Assembly: GCA_045592745.1 (NCBI GenBank)
Contig: JAZNVH010000029.1
Span: forward strand, 11,409-75,408
Direction: 5' to 3'
DNA from: Candidatus Aphodoplasma sp.
GTDB lineage: Bacteria > Bacillota > Clostridia > UBA1381 > UMGS1253
Length of the DNA: 64,000 nucleotides
Shown here piece after piece: positions 48,587-57,840 of the stretch (positions are counted from its first letter, which is position 1; every line of letters starts with the position of its first letter). Below the pieces are notes generated by a model that was given only the letters and a program-made list of their open reading frames with translations, made no database searches and had not been told where the DNA came from. The translations under genes and the position numbers were made by a program.

Positions 48587-49561
48587 GTGTTAAAAAAAAT
48601 CAAATTTATACTGTTTTTTGCTCTTATATTGTTTTTGTGCATTTCCTGTGCACAAAATGAGCCCAAACCGGCATATAAAAATGCAGTTTTTCCTGGAAAT
48701 ATTCAAAACGGTGGGTATTTTGTCGAATGTGAAAACGGCTATATCTATTTTGACGGAGATAGTAATGCCTTGTGCAAAAAAGACACTCAAACGAATATCG
48801 TCGAAATTATTGCTAAAGGCTCCTGCTTTTATGATTTGAATTTATATAACGACTACATATATTATACTAGTGGTAGCCCCGGTAATATATGGAAAATATC
48901 TGTTGATGGTAAACACAAAAAGAAATTGACACAAAAAAGAGCGGAACATCTTGTTGTATATGATGACCACATATACTTTTGTCTTTTTGAAGATGATGAT
49001 TGGGACGAGTTGTATAGGACAGGATTGAATGGGGGAGATTTAGGACAGTTTAACCTTGGCCTTAATGGTACGCTGTATAGGACAGATTTAAATGGAAAAA
49101 ACTCAAAACTCTTAGCTCAATGCGTACAGAACTTTTGCATAGTAGACGATAGAATTTATTATACGGATGTCGAAACCGAACCAAAGCTTCGCGGTATGAA
49201 AACAGATGGAACGGACGTAATTACTATTAACCAAGCATATCCATGCAATCTGTTTTCAATAGAAAACAAGCTGCTTTATTCGGATTATAACAGAGAAGGA
49301 AAGCTATTCAGTTATGATTTAAACACTAATGCCGAAACCTGCATTTGCCAAGATGTTTGCTTGTCTGCAAATGCAAATGAAAAATGGATTTTTTACACAA
49401 ATATAAGTGAAAAAGGAGATTTATATCGAATTCGTCCTGATGGCAGTGAGCGAGAAAAGCTTGTCGATGGAAATATAGTAAATATTCATGTGATAGGAAA
49501 CAGTGTGTTTTACAGAGAATTTTCGAATATGCATGAGTTTGAACGTATTGACATTGAGTAA
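48587..49561 (+). CDS. Lipoprotein with six-bladed beta-propeller-like repeats (DUF5050-like)
   Basis: GTG start after AAGGAAGGTGA. Signal peptide with Cys (LFLCISC-AQ). Recurring blade motifs: DYIYYTS, DHIYFCL, DRIYYTD, NKLLYSD, KWIFYTN, NSVFYRE. Confidence 0.65.
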   Translation: MLKKIKFILFFALILFLCISCAQNEPKPAYKNAVFPGNIQNGGYFVECENGYIYFDGDSNALCKKDTQTNIVEIIAKGSCFYDLNLYNDYIYYTSGSPGNIWKISVDGKHKKKLTQKRAEHLVVYDDHIYFCLFEDDDWDELYRTGLNGGDLGQFNLGLNGTLYRTDLNGKNSKLLAQCVQNFCIVDDRIYYTDVETEPKLRGMKTDGTDVITINQAYPCNLFSIENKLLYSDYNREGKLFSYDLNTNAETCICQDVCLSANANEKWIFYTNISEKGDLYRIRPDGSEREKLVDGNIVNIHVIGNSVFYREFSNMHEFERIDIE

Positions 49562-49576
49562 CTAATACAACTAACT

Positions 49577-49627
49577 ACGTTCGTTTTGCTTGAATTTACC
49601 GCCTGCGGTTTTATACTGCAGGCGGTA
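49577..49627 (+). repeat. Copy B of the 51-nt post-ORF element; also acts as a terminator between convergent genes
   Basis: Identical 22-mer ACGTTCGTTTTGCTTGAATTTA, then stem TACCGCCTGC/GCAGGCGGTA followed by TTATTTTTT. Starts 15 nt after the stop codon of the 336-aa ORF. Confidence 0.75.
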
Positions 49628-49634
49628 TTATTTT

Positions 49635-50564
49635 TTACTCCATATTCATTTTTCGAAGCTTTTTAAGCACATCTTCAAAATAATCAGGTAGCTCACACGA
49701 AAACTCCATTTTTTCTTTCGAGCGCGGATGTATAAACTCAATCCTTTTTGCATGCAAAAGCTGACCTTCAAGCTTGAATGCCTCTTTTTTTATGCCATAC
49801 GTTTTATCGCCCACAACGCTGTGAGCAATATGTGCCATGTGGACTCTTATCTGGTGCGTTCTTCCCGTTTGAAGCTTACATTTTACCAATGTATAACGCC
49901 CAAAACGCTCAAGCACGGTTACAAACGTTTTGGCATCGCGCGCATTTTTTGTTGTAACGCACATTTTTTTGCGGTCATTCGGATTTCTTCCAATCGGAAA
50001 ATCGAGCGTAAGCTCATCTTCCTTAATGTTTCCGTTTACAAGCGCATAGTACTCTCTTGACAAGCTTCTGTCAGCGAGCTGTGCTGACAAAAATGTGTGC
50101 GCCTCATCATTTTTTGCGACGATTAAAAGCCCCGATGTGTCCTTGTCAATTCTGTGCACAATTCCGGGCCGCATTACACCATTTATTCCCGATAAACTGC
50201 CCTCGCAGTGCTTCATAAGTGCGTTTACAAGCGTACCGTCATAATTTCCCGGTGCGGGATGTACTACCATACCCTGCTTTTTGTTTATGACGAGCAAATC
50301 TTTATCTTCATAAACAACGTCAAGCTCTATATCCTGTGCTTCTATATTGTACTCTTGTGGCTGTGGGACTATAATCTGTATAACGTCATCCTCGCACACT
50401 TTATATTTTTTATTTAATATGGTTTCGTCCTTTGTAACAAGCCCTTCTTCAATAAGCTTTGCAGCGTGTGAGCGCGAAAGATTATCAAGCGACTCGGCTA
50501 TGTAAACATCGAGTCGTTTGCCTTCATCCTCTTTTGTTACTGTAAGCACTTTTTTATCGCTCAT
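49635..50564 (-). CDS. rluD: 23S rRNA pseudouridine synthase, RluD/RluA family
   Basis: N-terminal S4 domain and catalytic HRIDKDTSGLL. Confidence 0.92.
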   Translation of the reverse strand: MSDKKVLTVTKEDEGKRLDVYIAESLDNLSRSHAAKLIEEGLVTKDETILNKKYKVCEDDVIQIIVPQPQEYNIEAQDIELDVVYEDKDLLVINKKQGMVVHPAPGNYDGTLVNALMKHCEGSLSGINGVMRPGIVHRIDKDTSGLLIVAKNDEAHTFLSAQLADRSLSREYYALVNGNIKEDELTLDFPIGRNPNDRKKMCVTTKNARDAKTFVTVLERFGRYTLVKCKLQTGRTHQIRVHMAHIAHSVVGDKTYGIKKEAFKLEGQLLHAKRIEFIHPRSKEKMEFSCELPDYFEDVLKKLRKMNME

Positions 50565-51018
50565 CTGTTTCTCCCCTGATATTTTCTGAAAATAAAATAT
50601 AGATAATCATTAATACCGCACCAATGCATACGCATATATCTGCAATATTAAAGCATGGAAAATCTATAAACAAAAAATGAAGAAAATCCGTTACATATCC
50701 AAAGGCTATTCTGTCAATCAAATTGCCGATTCCGCCTGCAAAGATAAGCGATGATGCGCTCAAAAGAAGCGGCGTTTTGTTTTTGTTTTTTATAACGTAA
50801 ACCAGTAAAACGGCAAGCACAAGCAGAGTAACCGCAATCAAAAACCAACGCGTATCCTGCATCATTCCAAATGCCGCGCCTCTGTTTTCAACATACACAA
50901 AATCCATTATATACTTTATAAAGCCAACACTTCCTGCGCCCAAAAGAAACTTTCTCGCTATAAATTTTGCCGCCTGATCAAGTGCTATAAGCACGAGCGT
51001 AATTACTGCATATATCAT
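50554..51018 (-). CDS. lspA: Lipoprotein signal peptidase (signal peptidase II)
   Basis: VENRGAAFG, GGIGNLIDR and FNIADICV motifs. Confidence 0.92.
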   Translation of the reverse strand: MIYAVITLVLIALDQAAKFIARKFLLGAGSVGFIKYIMDFVYVENRGAAFGMMQDTRWFLIAVTLLVLAVLLVYVIKNKNKTPLLLSASSLIFAGGIGNLIDRIAFGYVTDFLHFLFIDFPCFNIADICVCIGAVLMIIYILFSENIRGETDER

Positions 51019-51033
51019 CGTTTCACCGCCAAA

Positions 51034-52113
51034 TTATCTAATTATGCATTCTATTGCATGCTCTGTTTCTTCTTTAGTAATATCATCCAAAATAACTGTT
51101 TCTCCCATACCTTTTATGAGCACAAACCGAAGCTTATCCGACATTTTCTTTTTGTCATTTTGCATATATTCTATAACAGTTTCTTTGCCTGCGCCACAAA
51201 AGCTTGTTTCAAGTGCGTATGAAGAAATTATGTCCTTTACACGCTCACAATACTCTTTTGTAACGTATCCGCGAGCAAGCGAAATATCAAGCGCACCAAC
51301 CATTCCAAGAGCTACACATTCGCCGTGCAAAAGCTCAAAATTCTTCGCACTTTCAACTCCGTGCCCTATCGTATGTCCAAAATTTAATATTGCACGCATT
51401 CCCATTTCAGTTTCGTCGTGCATTACAACATCTGCCTTGATGGCGCAGCATTTATAAATTACATTTTCAATAGCTTTATCGCCAAGGCTTAATATTTCAT
51501 CGACGTTTTCCTCAAGATAGCTCAAAAATTCATCATCTCTTATAACGCCATACTTTATAACCTCTGCCATCCCTGCACTAAACTCACGTTTTGGGAGAGT
51601 TTTTAATGTGGATGTATTTATATACACAAGCGAAGGCTGTTTAAATGCGCCTATAATGTTTTTCACGCCTGAAAAATCAATACCAACCTTGCCGCCGACA
51701 CTGCTGTCTGTCTGTGCAAGAAGCGTTGTCGGAATTTGAACAAAATCGATACCTCGCATATATGTAGCTGCCGCAAGTCCTGCCATATCACCGACAACAC
51801 CGCCACCAAGTGCGATAATAGCAGACTTTCTGTCGAGCTTATGCTCCACCAGCGCGTTATATATCTTTTGAAGCGTATCTATATTTTTACTCTTTTCCCC
51901 CGCCTCAAATATAACGTGTCCAGGCTTTGCAAACCCTGCTTTGCATATACACTCTTCAAGCTTTGAAAGATAAATCGGCGCTACATTTGTGTCGCTGACA
52001 ATCAAAATTTTTCCTTTGCATACGCGCACAAGCTCGTCTGCAAGAGCATCAAAGCCCGTATCTATAACAATATCGTAACTGCGTTTTTCAAAATCAAGAT
52101 TTAGTCTTTGCAT
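51034..52113 (-). CDS. aroB: 3-dehydroquinate synthase
   Basis: LGGGVVGDMAG, NFGHTIGH and HGECVALG motifs. Confidence 0.93.
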   Translation of the reverse strand: MQRLNLDFEKRSYDIVIDTGFDALADELVRVCKGKILIVSDTNVAPIYLSKLEECICKAGFAKPGHVIFEAGEKSKNIDTLQKIYNALVEHKLDRKSAIIALGGGVVGDMAGLAAATYMRGIDFVQIPTTLLAQTDSSVGGKVGIDFSGVKNIIGAFKQPSLVYINTSTLKTLPKREFSAGMAEVIKYGVIRDDEFLSYLEENVDEILSLGDKAIENVIYKCCAIKADVVMHDETEMGMRAILNFGHTIGHGVESAKNFELLHGECVALGMVGALDISLARGYVTKEYCERVKDIISSYALETSFCGAGKETVIEYMQNDKKKMSDKLRFVLIKGMGETVILDDITKEETEHAIECIIR

Positions 52114-52188
52114 ATCCTTACTCCAAATTTTTAATATGAATAAGGGAAGGCAAACTACTGCCTTCCCAAATAATTTACCTTACTGTTC

Positions 52189-54978
52189 TTAGTCTTTAAG
52201 AACACTCGCACAACGTGCACAAAGCGTCGGATGCTCGCTATCAGATCCAATAGAATCAGAATAAATCCAGCAACGCTCACACTTTTCACCCTTTGCGGCA
52301 CTAACCTTTGTCTTTACAATATCGCCCGCAAACGCATCAGCATCAGCATTCTCCATGCTTTCGAGAGCTACTCTTGAAACAATAAATACTGTTGCAAGCT
52401 CATCTTTAATGCTGCCTAAGAATTCGTACTCATCCTTGTTTGCATATACAACAATATCTGCCGCAAGCGACTGTCCTATTACCTTATTTGCACGAGCTTG
52501 CTCAAGCGCTTTTAAAACATCATCACGAATAGCGATAACCTTTGCCCACTTCTCCGAAAGAGCCTCGTTTTCATACTTTACATCATAGCTTGGCATAGAG
52601 TTAAACAGTACGCTCTGTGCAGCATGCTCTTTTGTATGCGGCATAAATGACCATATTTCTTCTGTTGTATATACCAGAATCGGTGCAAGCAACATTGTGA
52701 TCTTTTCAAGTATCATATACATTGCACTCTGTGCGCTGCGACGAAGTTTTCCGTCAGCCTTTTCTGTATAGAGTCTATCCTTGATAATATCAAGATAGAA
52801 ACTGCTCATATCAACAACACAGAAATTGTGAATTCCGTGATAAAGTGTATGATACTCATACGCCTCATAAGCGTCAATTGACTTTTTAACAAGCTCATTC
52901 ACCTTCATAAGTGCCCACTTGTCAAGCTCTTCCATATCTTCATACGCAATCATATCCTTGTTCGGATCAAAATCGGATATATTTCCAAGTATATAACGTG
53001 CAGTATTTCTTATCTTGCGATAACCCTCTGAAAGCTGTTTAAGCATTTCTTTTGACATTCTCATATCTGTACGATAGTCAGCCGAAACAACCCACAATCT
53101 TAAAACGTCTGCACCATACTGGTCTATGATTTCCTGCGGCGAAATCGAATTACCCTTCGACTTTGACATTTTTCTGCCTTCGCCATCCTGAATCATACCA
53201 TGAGTAATAACAGTGTTGTACGGCGCAGCCTTGTTAATAGCTATGCTTGTAAGAAGCGATGACTGGAACCAACCTCTGTACTGGTCATTACCTTCAAGGT
53301 ACATATCAGGCGGATATACCAAATCATCACGAGTGCCACAAACAGCCTTATGTGATGAACCCGAGTCAAACCATACGTCCATGATATCGTGCTCTTTTGT
53401 AAACTTATCGCATCCACATTCGCACTTTGTGCCTGCGGGGAGTATCTTGTCTGCATCAAGCTCCCACCACATATCAGGGCCTTGTGTCTTGAATAAATCG
53501 CTTACAGCCTTGATTGTATCGTCATTTATAAGCTCTTTTCCGCACTTTTCACAATAGAACATCGGAATCGGTACGCCCCATGTTCTCTGACGCGAAATAC
53601 ACCAGTCGCTTCTGTCAACAACCATTGATGTGATTCTTTCCTCGCCCCATTGCGGAAGCCATTTTACGCCCTTAATTGCCTTTACCGCATCTTCTTTGAG
53701 TGCATCTACCGATGCAAACCACTGGTCAGCCGCACGGAAAATTATCGGATGATCACATCTCCAACAATGCGGATACTGATGGGCAATCTCAATAGCTGCT
53801 AAAAGCGCGCCCGATTTTTCTAAGTTTTCAAGAATTTTCTCGTTTGATTCTTCGTAATAAAGACCTGCAAATTCGCCTGCTTCTTCGGTCTGGTATCCCT
53901 TGCTGTCAACAGGTACAACTATTTCAAGCTGAGGATAGTTTTTGCATACAATATAGTCCTCTGCACCAAAACCGGGAGCTGTATGAACGCATCCCGTACC
54001 CGCTTCAAGTGTTACGTGATCGCCTACAATAACAAGAGATTTTCTGTCAAGGAAAGGATGATTACACTCTATAAGCTCAAGCTCGCTTCCTTTAAAAGTC
54101 TTAACAACCTCATAATCGCCAAGATTTGCCGCCGAAACAACACCTTCTATAAGCTCTGATGCCAAAATATATGTTTCGCCGTTTGCAAATTTAACAGCAG
54201 AATATTCAAAATCAGGATTCAGGCACACTGCAACGTTACCAGGAAGTGTCCATGTTGTCGTTGTCCAGATAACAAAATACACCTTTCCAAGTCCGTCAAA
54301 TAATCCCTTATCATCAGCTACCTCAAATTTAACAAAAATTGATTTTGTCTTATCCTCAGCATACTCAATTTCTGCCTCTGCAAGCGCAGTTTCACAGTGC
54401 GGACACCAATAAACAGGCTTTAATCCCTTGTATATAAGTCCGTTTTTAGCCATTTTGCCAAAGACCTCAACCTGAGTTGCAACGAACTCATTTTTGAGTG
54501 TCAAATACGGATTATCCCAATCACCTATTACACCCAGACGCTTAAACTGTTCTTTTTGGTTTTCAACATTCTGAAGTGCAAATTCACGGCATGCCTGTCT
54601 GAATTTTACAGGGCCTGCCTCGTGACGATTAATGCCAAGCTTTTTTATAGCCTGTTGCTCAATTGGAAGGCCGTGTGTATCCCAACCCGGAACATACGGC
54701 GCATAAAAGCCTGCAAGATTCTTATATCTTACGATAATATCCTTCAAAATTTTATTAAGCGCATGTCCCATATGGATATCTCCATTTGCATACGGAGGGC
54801 CGTCATGCAAAACAAAAGGCTTTTTGCCCTTGTTGCGCTCCATAAGAGTCTTGTAAAGTTCTTCTTCTTCCCAGCGCGCAAGAATTTCCGGTTCACGTGC
54901 AGGCAAGTTGCCACGCATAGGAAAATCAGTTTTTGGTAATTGAATAGTTTCGTTATAATTTTTTTCGTTTTCAGCCAT
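52189..54978 (-). CDS. ileS: Isoleucine--tRNA ligase
   Basis: 929 aa. PYANGDIHMGH (HIGH), KMSKS, C-terminal Zn motif CERC...CARC. Confidence 0.97.
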   Translation of the reverse strand: MAENEKNYNETIQLPKTDFPMRGNLPAREPEILARWEEEELYKTLMERNKGKKPFVLHDGPPYANGDIHMGHALNKILKDIIVRYKNLAGFYAPYVPGWDTHGLPIEQQAIKKLGINRHEAGPVKFRQACREFALQNVENQKEQFKRLGVIGDWDNPYLTLKNEFVATQVEVFGKMAKNGLIYKGLKPVYWCPHCETALAEAEIEYAEDKTKSIFVKFEVADDKGLFDGLGKVYFVIWTTTTWTLPGNVAVCLNPDFEYSAVKFANGETYILASELIEGVVSAANLGDYEVVKTFKGSELELIECNHPFLDRKSLVIVGDHVTLEAGTGCVHTAPGFGAEDYIVCKNYPQLEIVVPVDSKGYQTEEAGEFAGLYYEESNEKILENLEKSGALLAAIEIAHQYPHCWRCDHPIIFRAADQWFASVDALKEDAVKAIKGVKWLPQWGEERITSMVVDRSDWCISRQRTWGVPIPMFYCEKCGKELINDDTIKAVSDLFKTQGPDMWWELDADKILPAGTKCECGCDKFTKEHDIMDVWFDSGSSHKAVCGTRDDLVYPPDMYLEGNDQYRGWFQSSLLTSIAINKAAPYNTVITHGMIQDGEGRKMSKSKGNSISPQEIIDQYGADVLRLWVVSADYRTDMRMSKEMLKQLSEGYRKIRNTARYILGNISDFDPNKDMIAYEDMEELDKWALMKVNELVKKSIDAYEAYEYHTLYHGIHNFCVVDMSSFYLDIIKDRLYTEKADGKLRRSAQSAMYMILEKITMLLAPILVYTTEEIWSFMPHTKEHAAQSVLFNSMPSYDVKYENEALSEKWAKVIAIRDDVLKALEQARANKVIGQSLAADIVVYANKDEYEFLGSIKDELATVFIVSRVALESMENADADAFAGDIVKTKVSAAKGEKCERCWIYSDSIGSDSEHPTLCARCASVLKD

Positions 54979-55021
54979 TGATTTTTCGTCCTTTCTGCTT
55001 TAATGCATGCCTGGGCATTTT

Positions 55022-55465
55022 TTATGCATTCAAATCCTCTAATATATCAAGCTGTGATTTTATAATAGCGCCTACGCGCATCTTATAGCTTTCTATCTGC
55101 TGTTTTATATCGGCATACTGCAAGTTAAGCTTTGCTATTTCATCATTTGCCTCACGCATTATATCGCCGGCTTTTGCCTGAGCCTCCTGCACTATCAAAT
55201 CTGCCTTCTCACTCGCAGTTTTCGAGAGTGCATCAGCCGCTTTCTGCGCTGCAAGTATTGCGTTTTGCATAGTTGCCTCTTGATTTTTATAATTTTCGAG
55301 CGCACTGTTTAACGCCTCAATTTTTTCACGTGCTGCAATATTTTCTCTGTAAAGCTTTTCATAATCGACGAGTATAAGACTCATAAAATCCTCTACATCG
55401 TCACGATTATAGCCACCTACGGTCTTTTTAAATTCTCTGTTTTCAATTTCGAGCGGAGTAAGCAT
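55022..55465 (-). CDS. divIVA: Cell-division / polarity protein DivIVA
   Basis: MLTPLEIENREFKKTVGGYNRDDVEDFM N-terminal domain plus a coiled coil. Confidence 0.9.
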   Translation of the reverse strand: MLTPLEIENREFKKTVGGYNRDDVEDFMSLILVDYEKLYRENIAAREKIEALNSALENYKNQEATMQNAILAAQKAADALSKTASEKADLIVQEAQAKAGDIMREANDEIAKLNLQYADIKQQIESYKMRVGAIIKSQLDILEDLNA

Positions 55466-55511
55466 TTTATTTCCCCCTTAAATTATATTTTATCAATCAC
55501 TGTGTTTATAT

Positions 55512-56291
55512 CTACAAATATTTTTTTACAAAAACAACTGTTCTTCCTTTTCTCGTTTCACCGCCGACCTCACTAACCTTTAGTCTACCAAATCCACGCA
55601 CAGAAATCAAGTCCCCACACGACAAAATCTTCGATAAATTTACACATTCATCAAAATTAACCTTTACTTTGCACGATTTTATCAAATCAGCACTTGCGGT
55701 ACGAGAAAGATTGAGTGCTCCTGACAAAACAGAATCAAGCCGCAGCGACGCAACGCTCATCTTGACAAGCTTTTCTTCTCGTTTTGTGCAAAGCGCATCC
55801 GCATCTTTAACAACGCTCATTTTTACACCGCCGCGCCCTACCTTGTCAAGATTATGCATAACATAATCTGCCATCTCTTTTTTGCAAAAGATATACGCAT
55901 CCAAGCCATCAATGACAATGTCGCCTATCTGTTCACGCTCTATGCCAAGTCCCATAATCGCTCCAAGATAATCACGGTGCGTGAGGCTGACAAAATCCGA
56001 TGCCGCAGCCTTTATACATACCAGCGGAAAATCCTCGTTTGAAACATTTTCCCATTCAGGTGATACGCACAGGATTTTTCTCTCTGCCCCTTCATATCCT
56101 CCCCAAAAAGAAACGTTGACGTCCGAATCAAACAAAAGCTTGTTTTCAGCAAAATAAATTGTTGCCGGGTCTAAAAAATGAGTAAATTTAGCCTCGCAAT
56201 GTCTGGAAGCTAAATTTACACAGTCTATTATTTTTGATATTACAAGTCGTTTTTGCTCATCATCTACAATTGAAAGTATTTTTTTATCCAT
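55512..56291 (-). CDS. ylmH: YlmH-family S4-domain RNA-binding protein
   Basis: C-terminal S4 motif LRLDSVLSGALNLSRTASADLIKSCKVKVN. Position between yggT and divIVA. Confidence 0.85.
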   Translation of the reverse strand: MDKKILSIVDDEQKRLVISKIIDCVNLASRHCEAKFTHFLDPATIYFAENKLLFDSDVNVSFWGGYEGAERKILCVSPEWENVSNEDFPLVCIKAAASDFVSLTHRDYLGAIMGLGIEREQIGDIVIDGLDAYIFCKKEMADYVMHNLDKVGRGGVKMSVVKDADALCTKREEKLVKMSVASLRLDSVLSGALNLSRTASADLIKSCKVKVNFDECVNLSKILSCGDLISVRGFGRLKVSEVGGETRKGRTVVFVKKYL

Positions 56292-56316
56292 TTACTGTGT
56301 CCAATCAATCACCGCA

Positions 56317-56598
56317 TCAAAAAAGCGTAACCAAAAAGATTATTAGAGGCTTTATAATATAGCGGATTATAAGAAATAAAACAATAGGCGATAGGTCAAC
56401 CATCATTGACCTGCCGCCCATAAGTTTGCTGATTAATTTTTGTACAGGCAACAAGATAGGGTCTGTAAGCTTATAGATAATTTCCACAAACTTGTTGTAA
56501 AAATCAGGTATCCACGAAAGAATACAGCGAATGAAAACAAGCCATGTAATTATATCTAAAAGATAATTTAAAGCAATCGCAACTATTAACAGTTTAAT
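56317..56598 (-). CDS. yggT: YggT/YlmG family membrane protein (not in the ORF track; no canonical start codon)
   Basis: My translation of the minus strand: IKLLIVAIALNYLLDIITWLVFIRCILSWIPDFYNKFVEIIYKLTDPILLPVQKLISKLMGGRSMMVDLSPIVLFLIIRYIIKPLIIFLVTLF*. It carries the YggT hallmark ILSWIP. AAGGA lies 5 nt upstream of ATT at 56598. Confidence 0.7.
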   Translation of the reverse strand: MKLLIVAIALNYLLDIITWLVFIRCILSWIPDFYNKFVEIIYKLTDPILLPVQKLISKLMGGRSMMVDLSPIVLFLIIRYIIKPLIIFLVTLF

Positions 56599-56630
56599 CC
56601 CATCCTTTTTGTTATGTATGCCTTATGGTG

Positions 56631-57080
56631 TTAGTTTGTCCAGTTAAACAAACCCTTGCTCTTAAGCTCGTCCTTAAAATCGCCCATAATACTTACATTA
56701 TAAGGAGCGATAAGGAATATACCCGCTGCAATCTTCTGAATATTACCATCAAGACCGTAAACTGCACCGCTTAAAAAGTCTACAACGCGTCTTGCAGCGT
56801 CGGAATCAAGCTCCTCAAGATTGATTATAACAGGTTTTTTTGTTTTAAGATGGTCAGCAATGCCGCGCGCATCTTCAAAGCATTCAGGCTGCATTACAAC
56901 AACTTTTAACTGTGTTGTAGCATGAATGTTTACAACCTTATTTTTTCTTCCAAAACCGCTTGGACGCACCTCTTCTTCCGGTTCGTCATCATAATACTCA
57001 TTTGTCAATATGTCGTCCTCGTCATAGTATTCTTCTTCGCCAAGACCAATTGCAGATTTCATCTTATCCATAAAGCTCAT
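56631..57080 (-). CDS. sepF: Cell division protein SepF
   Basis: Conserved C-terminal domain VVVMQPECFEDARGIADHLKTKKPVIINLE...RVVDFLSGAVYGLDG. Start MSFMDK after GGGGGA. Confidence 0.9.
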   Translation of the reverse strand: MSFMDKMKSAIGLGEEEYYDEDDILTNEYYDDEPEEEVRPSGFGRKNKVVNIHATTQLKVVVMQPECFEDARGIADHLKTKKPVIINLEELDSDAARRVVDFLSGAVYGLDGNIQKIAAGIFLIAPYNVSIMGDFKDELKSKGLFNWTN

Positions 57081-57120
57081 AGTCATATCCCCCATTCATA
57101 AAATTTTTATATTAACACTT

Positions 57121-57819
57121 TTAATATCTTTTCCCAAATATTGCACTTCCTATTCTTACCATGTTTGAGCCGCACATAATTGCCTCTTCAAAGTCGCCAC
57201 TCATACCCATAGAAAGATAATCCATACTTATATTATCATATTTCTTTTTCATAATGTCAAGGCAAAGCTTATGTGTGTTATTAAAATGTAATGTATTTGA
57301 AATATTGCTGACGTATAAAGGTGCAATCGTCATAAAACCTCTCACCTTTACATGTTTCATAGAAGAAGCACGCTCACAAAGTTCATACATTTCCTCTGTT
57401 GACGCTCCAAATTTTGTTTCTTCTCCCGAAGTATTTACCTGAAGCAAAATTTCGGATACAACGTCCTTTTTTGCTGCCTGATTTTCAATCTCGTTTAAAA
57501 GCTTTACCGAATCCACCGATTGTATCAAGTCAGCCTTGTCCACAATATACTTTACCTTATTTGTCTGCAAATGCCCTATAAGGTGCCACTTTTTTGGAAA
57601 AACCTTATCGTATTTGTCACACATCTCCTGTACGCGATTTTCTCCTATATCGCTTATTCCGCACGAAATTGCAGCATTTATATCGTCGGGCAAAAAGTTT
57701 TTCGTAACGCATACAAACGTTATATCATTCTCGCTGCGTCCCGATTTTATCGCTGCATTCGCAATCTTTTCTTTTACACGTTTAATGTTTTCAGATATTT
57801 CATATTCACGCTCGTTCAT
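57121..57819 (-). CDS. yggS: YggS-family pyridoxal-phosphate homeostasis protein (YlmE)
   Basis: VCVTKNF (PLP Lys), HLIGHLQTNKVK, SMGMSGDFEEAI. Confidence 0.9.
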   Translation of the reverse strand: MNEREYEISENIKRVKEKIANAAIKSGRSENDITFVCVTKNFLPDDINAAISCGISDIGENRVQEMCDKYDKVFPKKWHLIGHLQTNKVKYIVDKADLIQSVDSVKLLNEIENQAAKKDVVSEILLQVNTSGEETKFGASTEEMYELCERASSMKHVKVRGFMTIAPLYVSNISNTLHFNNTHKLCLDIMKKKYDNISMDYLSMGMSGDFEEAIMCGSNMVRIGSAIFGKRY

Positions 57820-57840
57820 ATTGCTGTATCCTTCTTATTT

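Noticed and set aside
48493-49627. The post-ORF repeats as integron attC sites
   Set aside because: There are no RYYYAAC / GTTRRRY core sites at the element ends. No intI-type integrase is adjacent, and the only tyrosine recombinase is 30 kb away.
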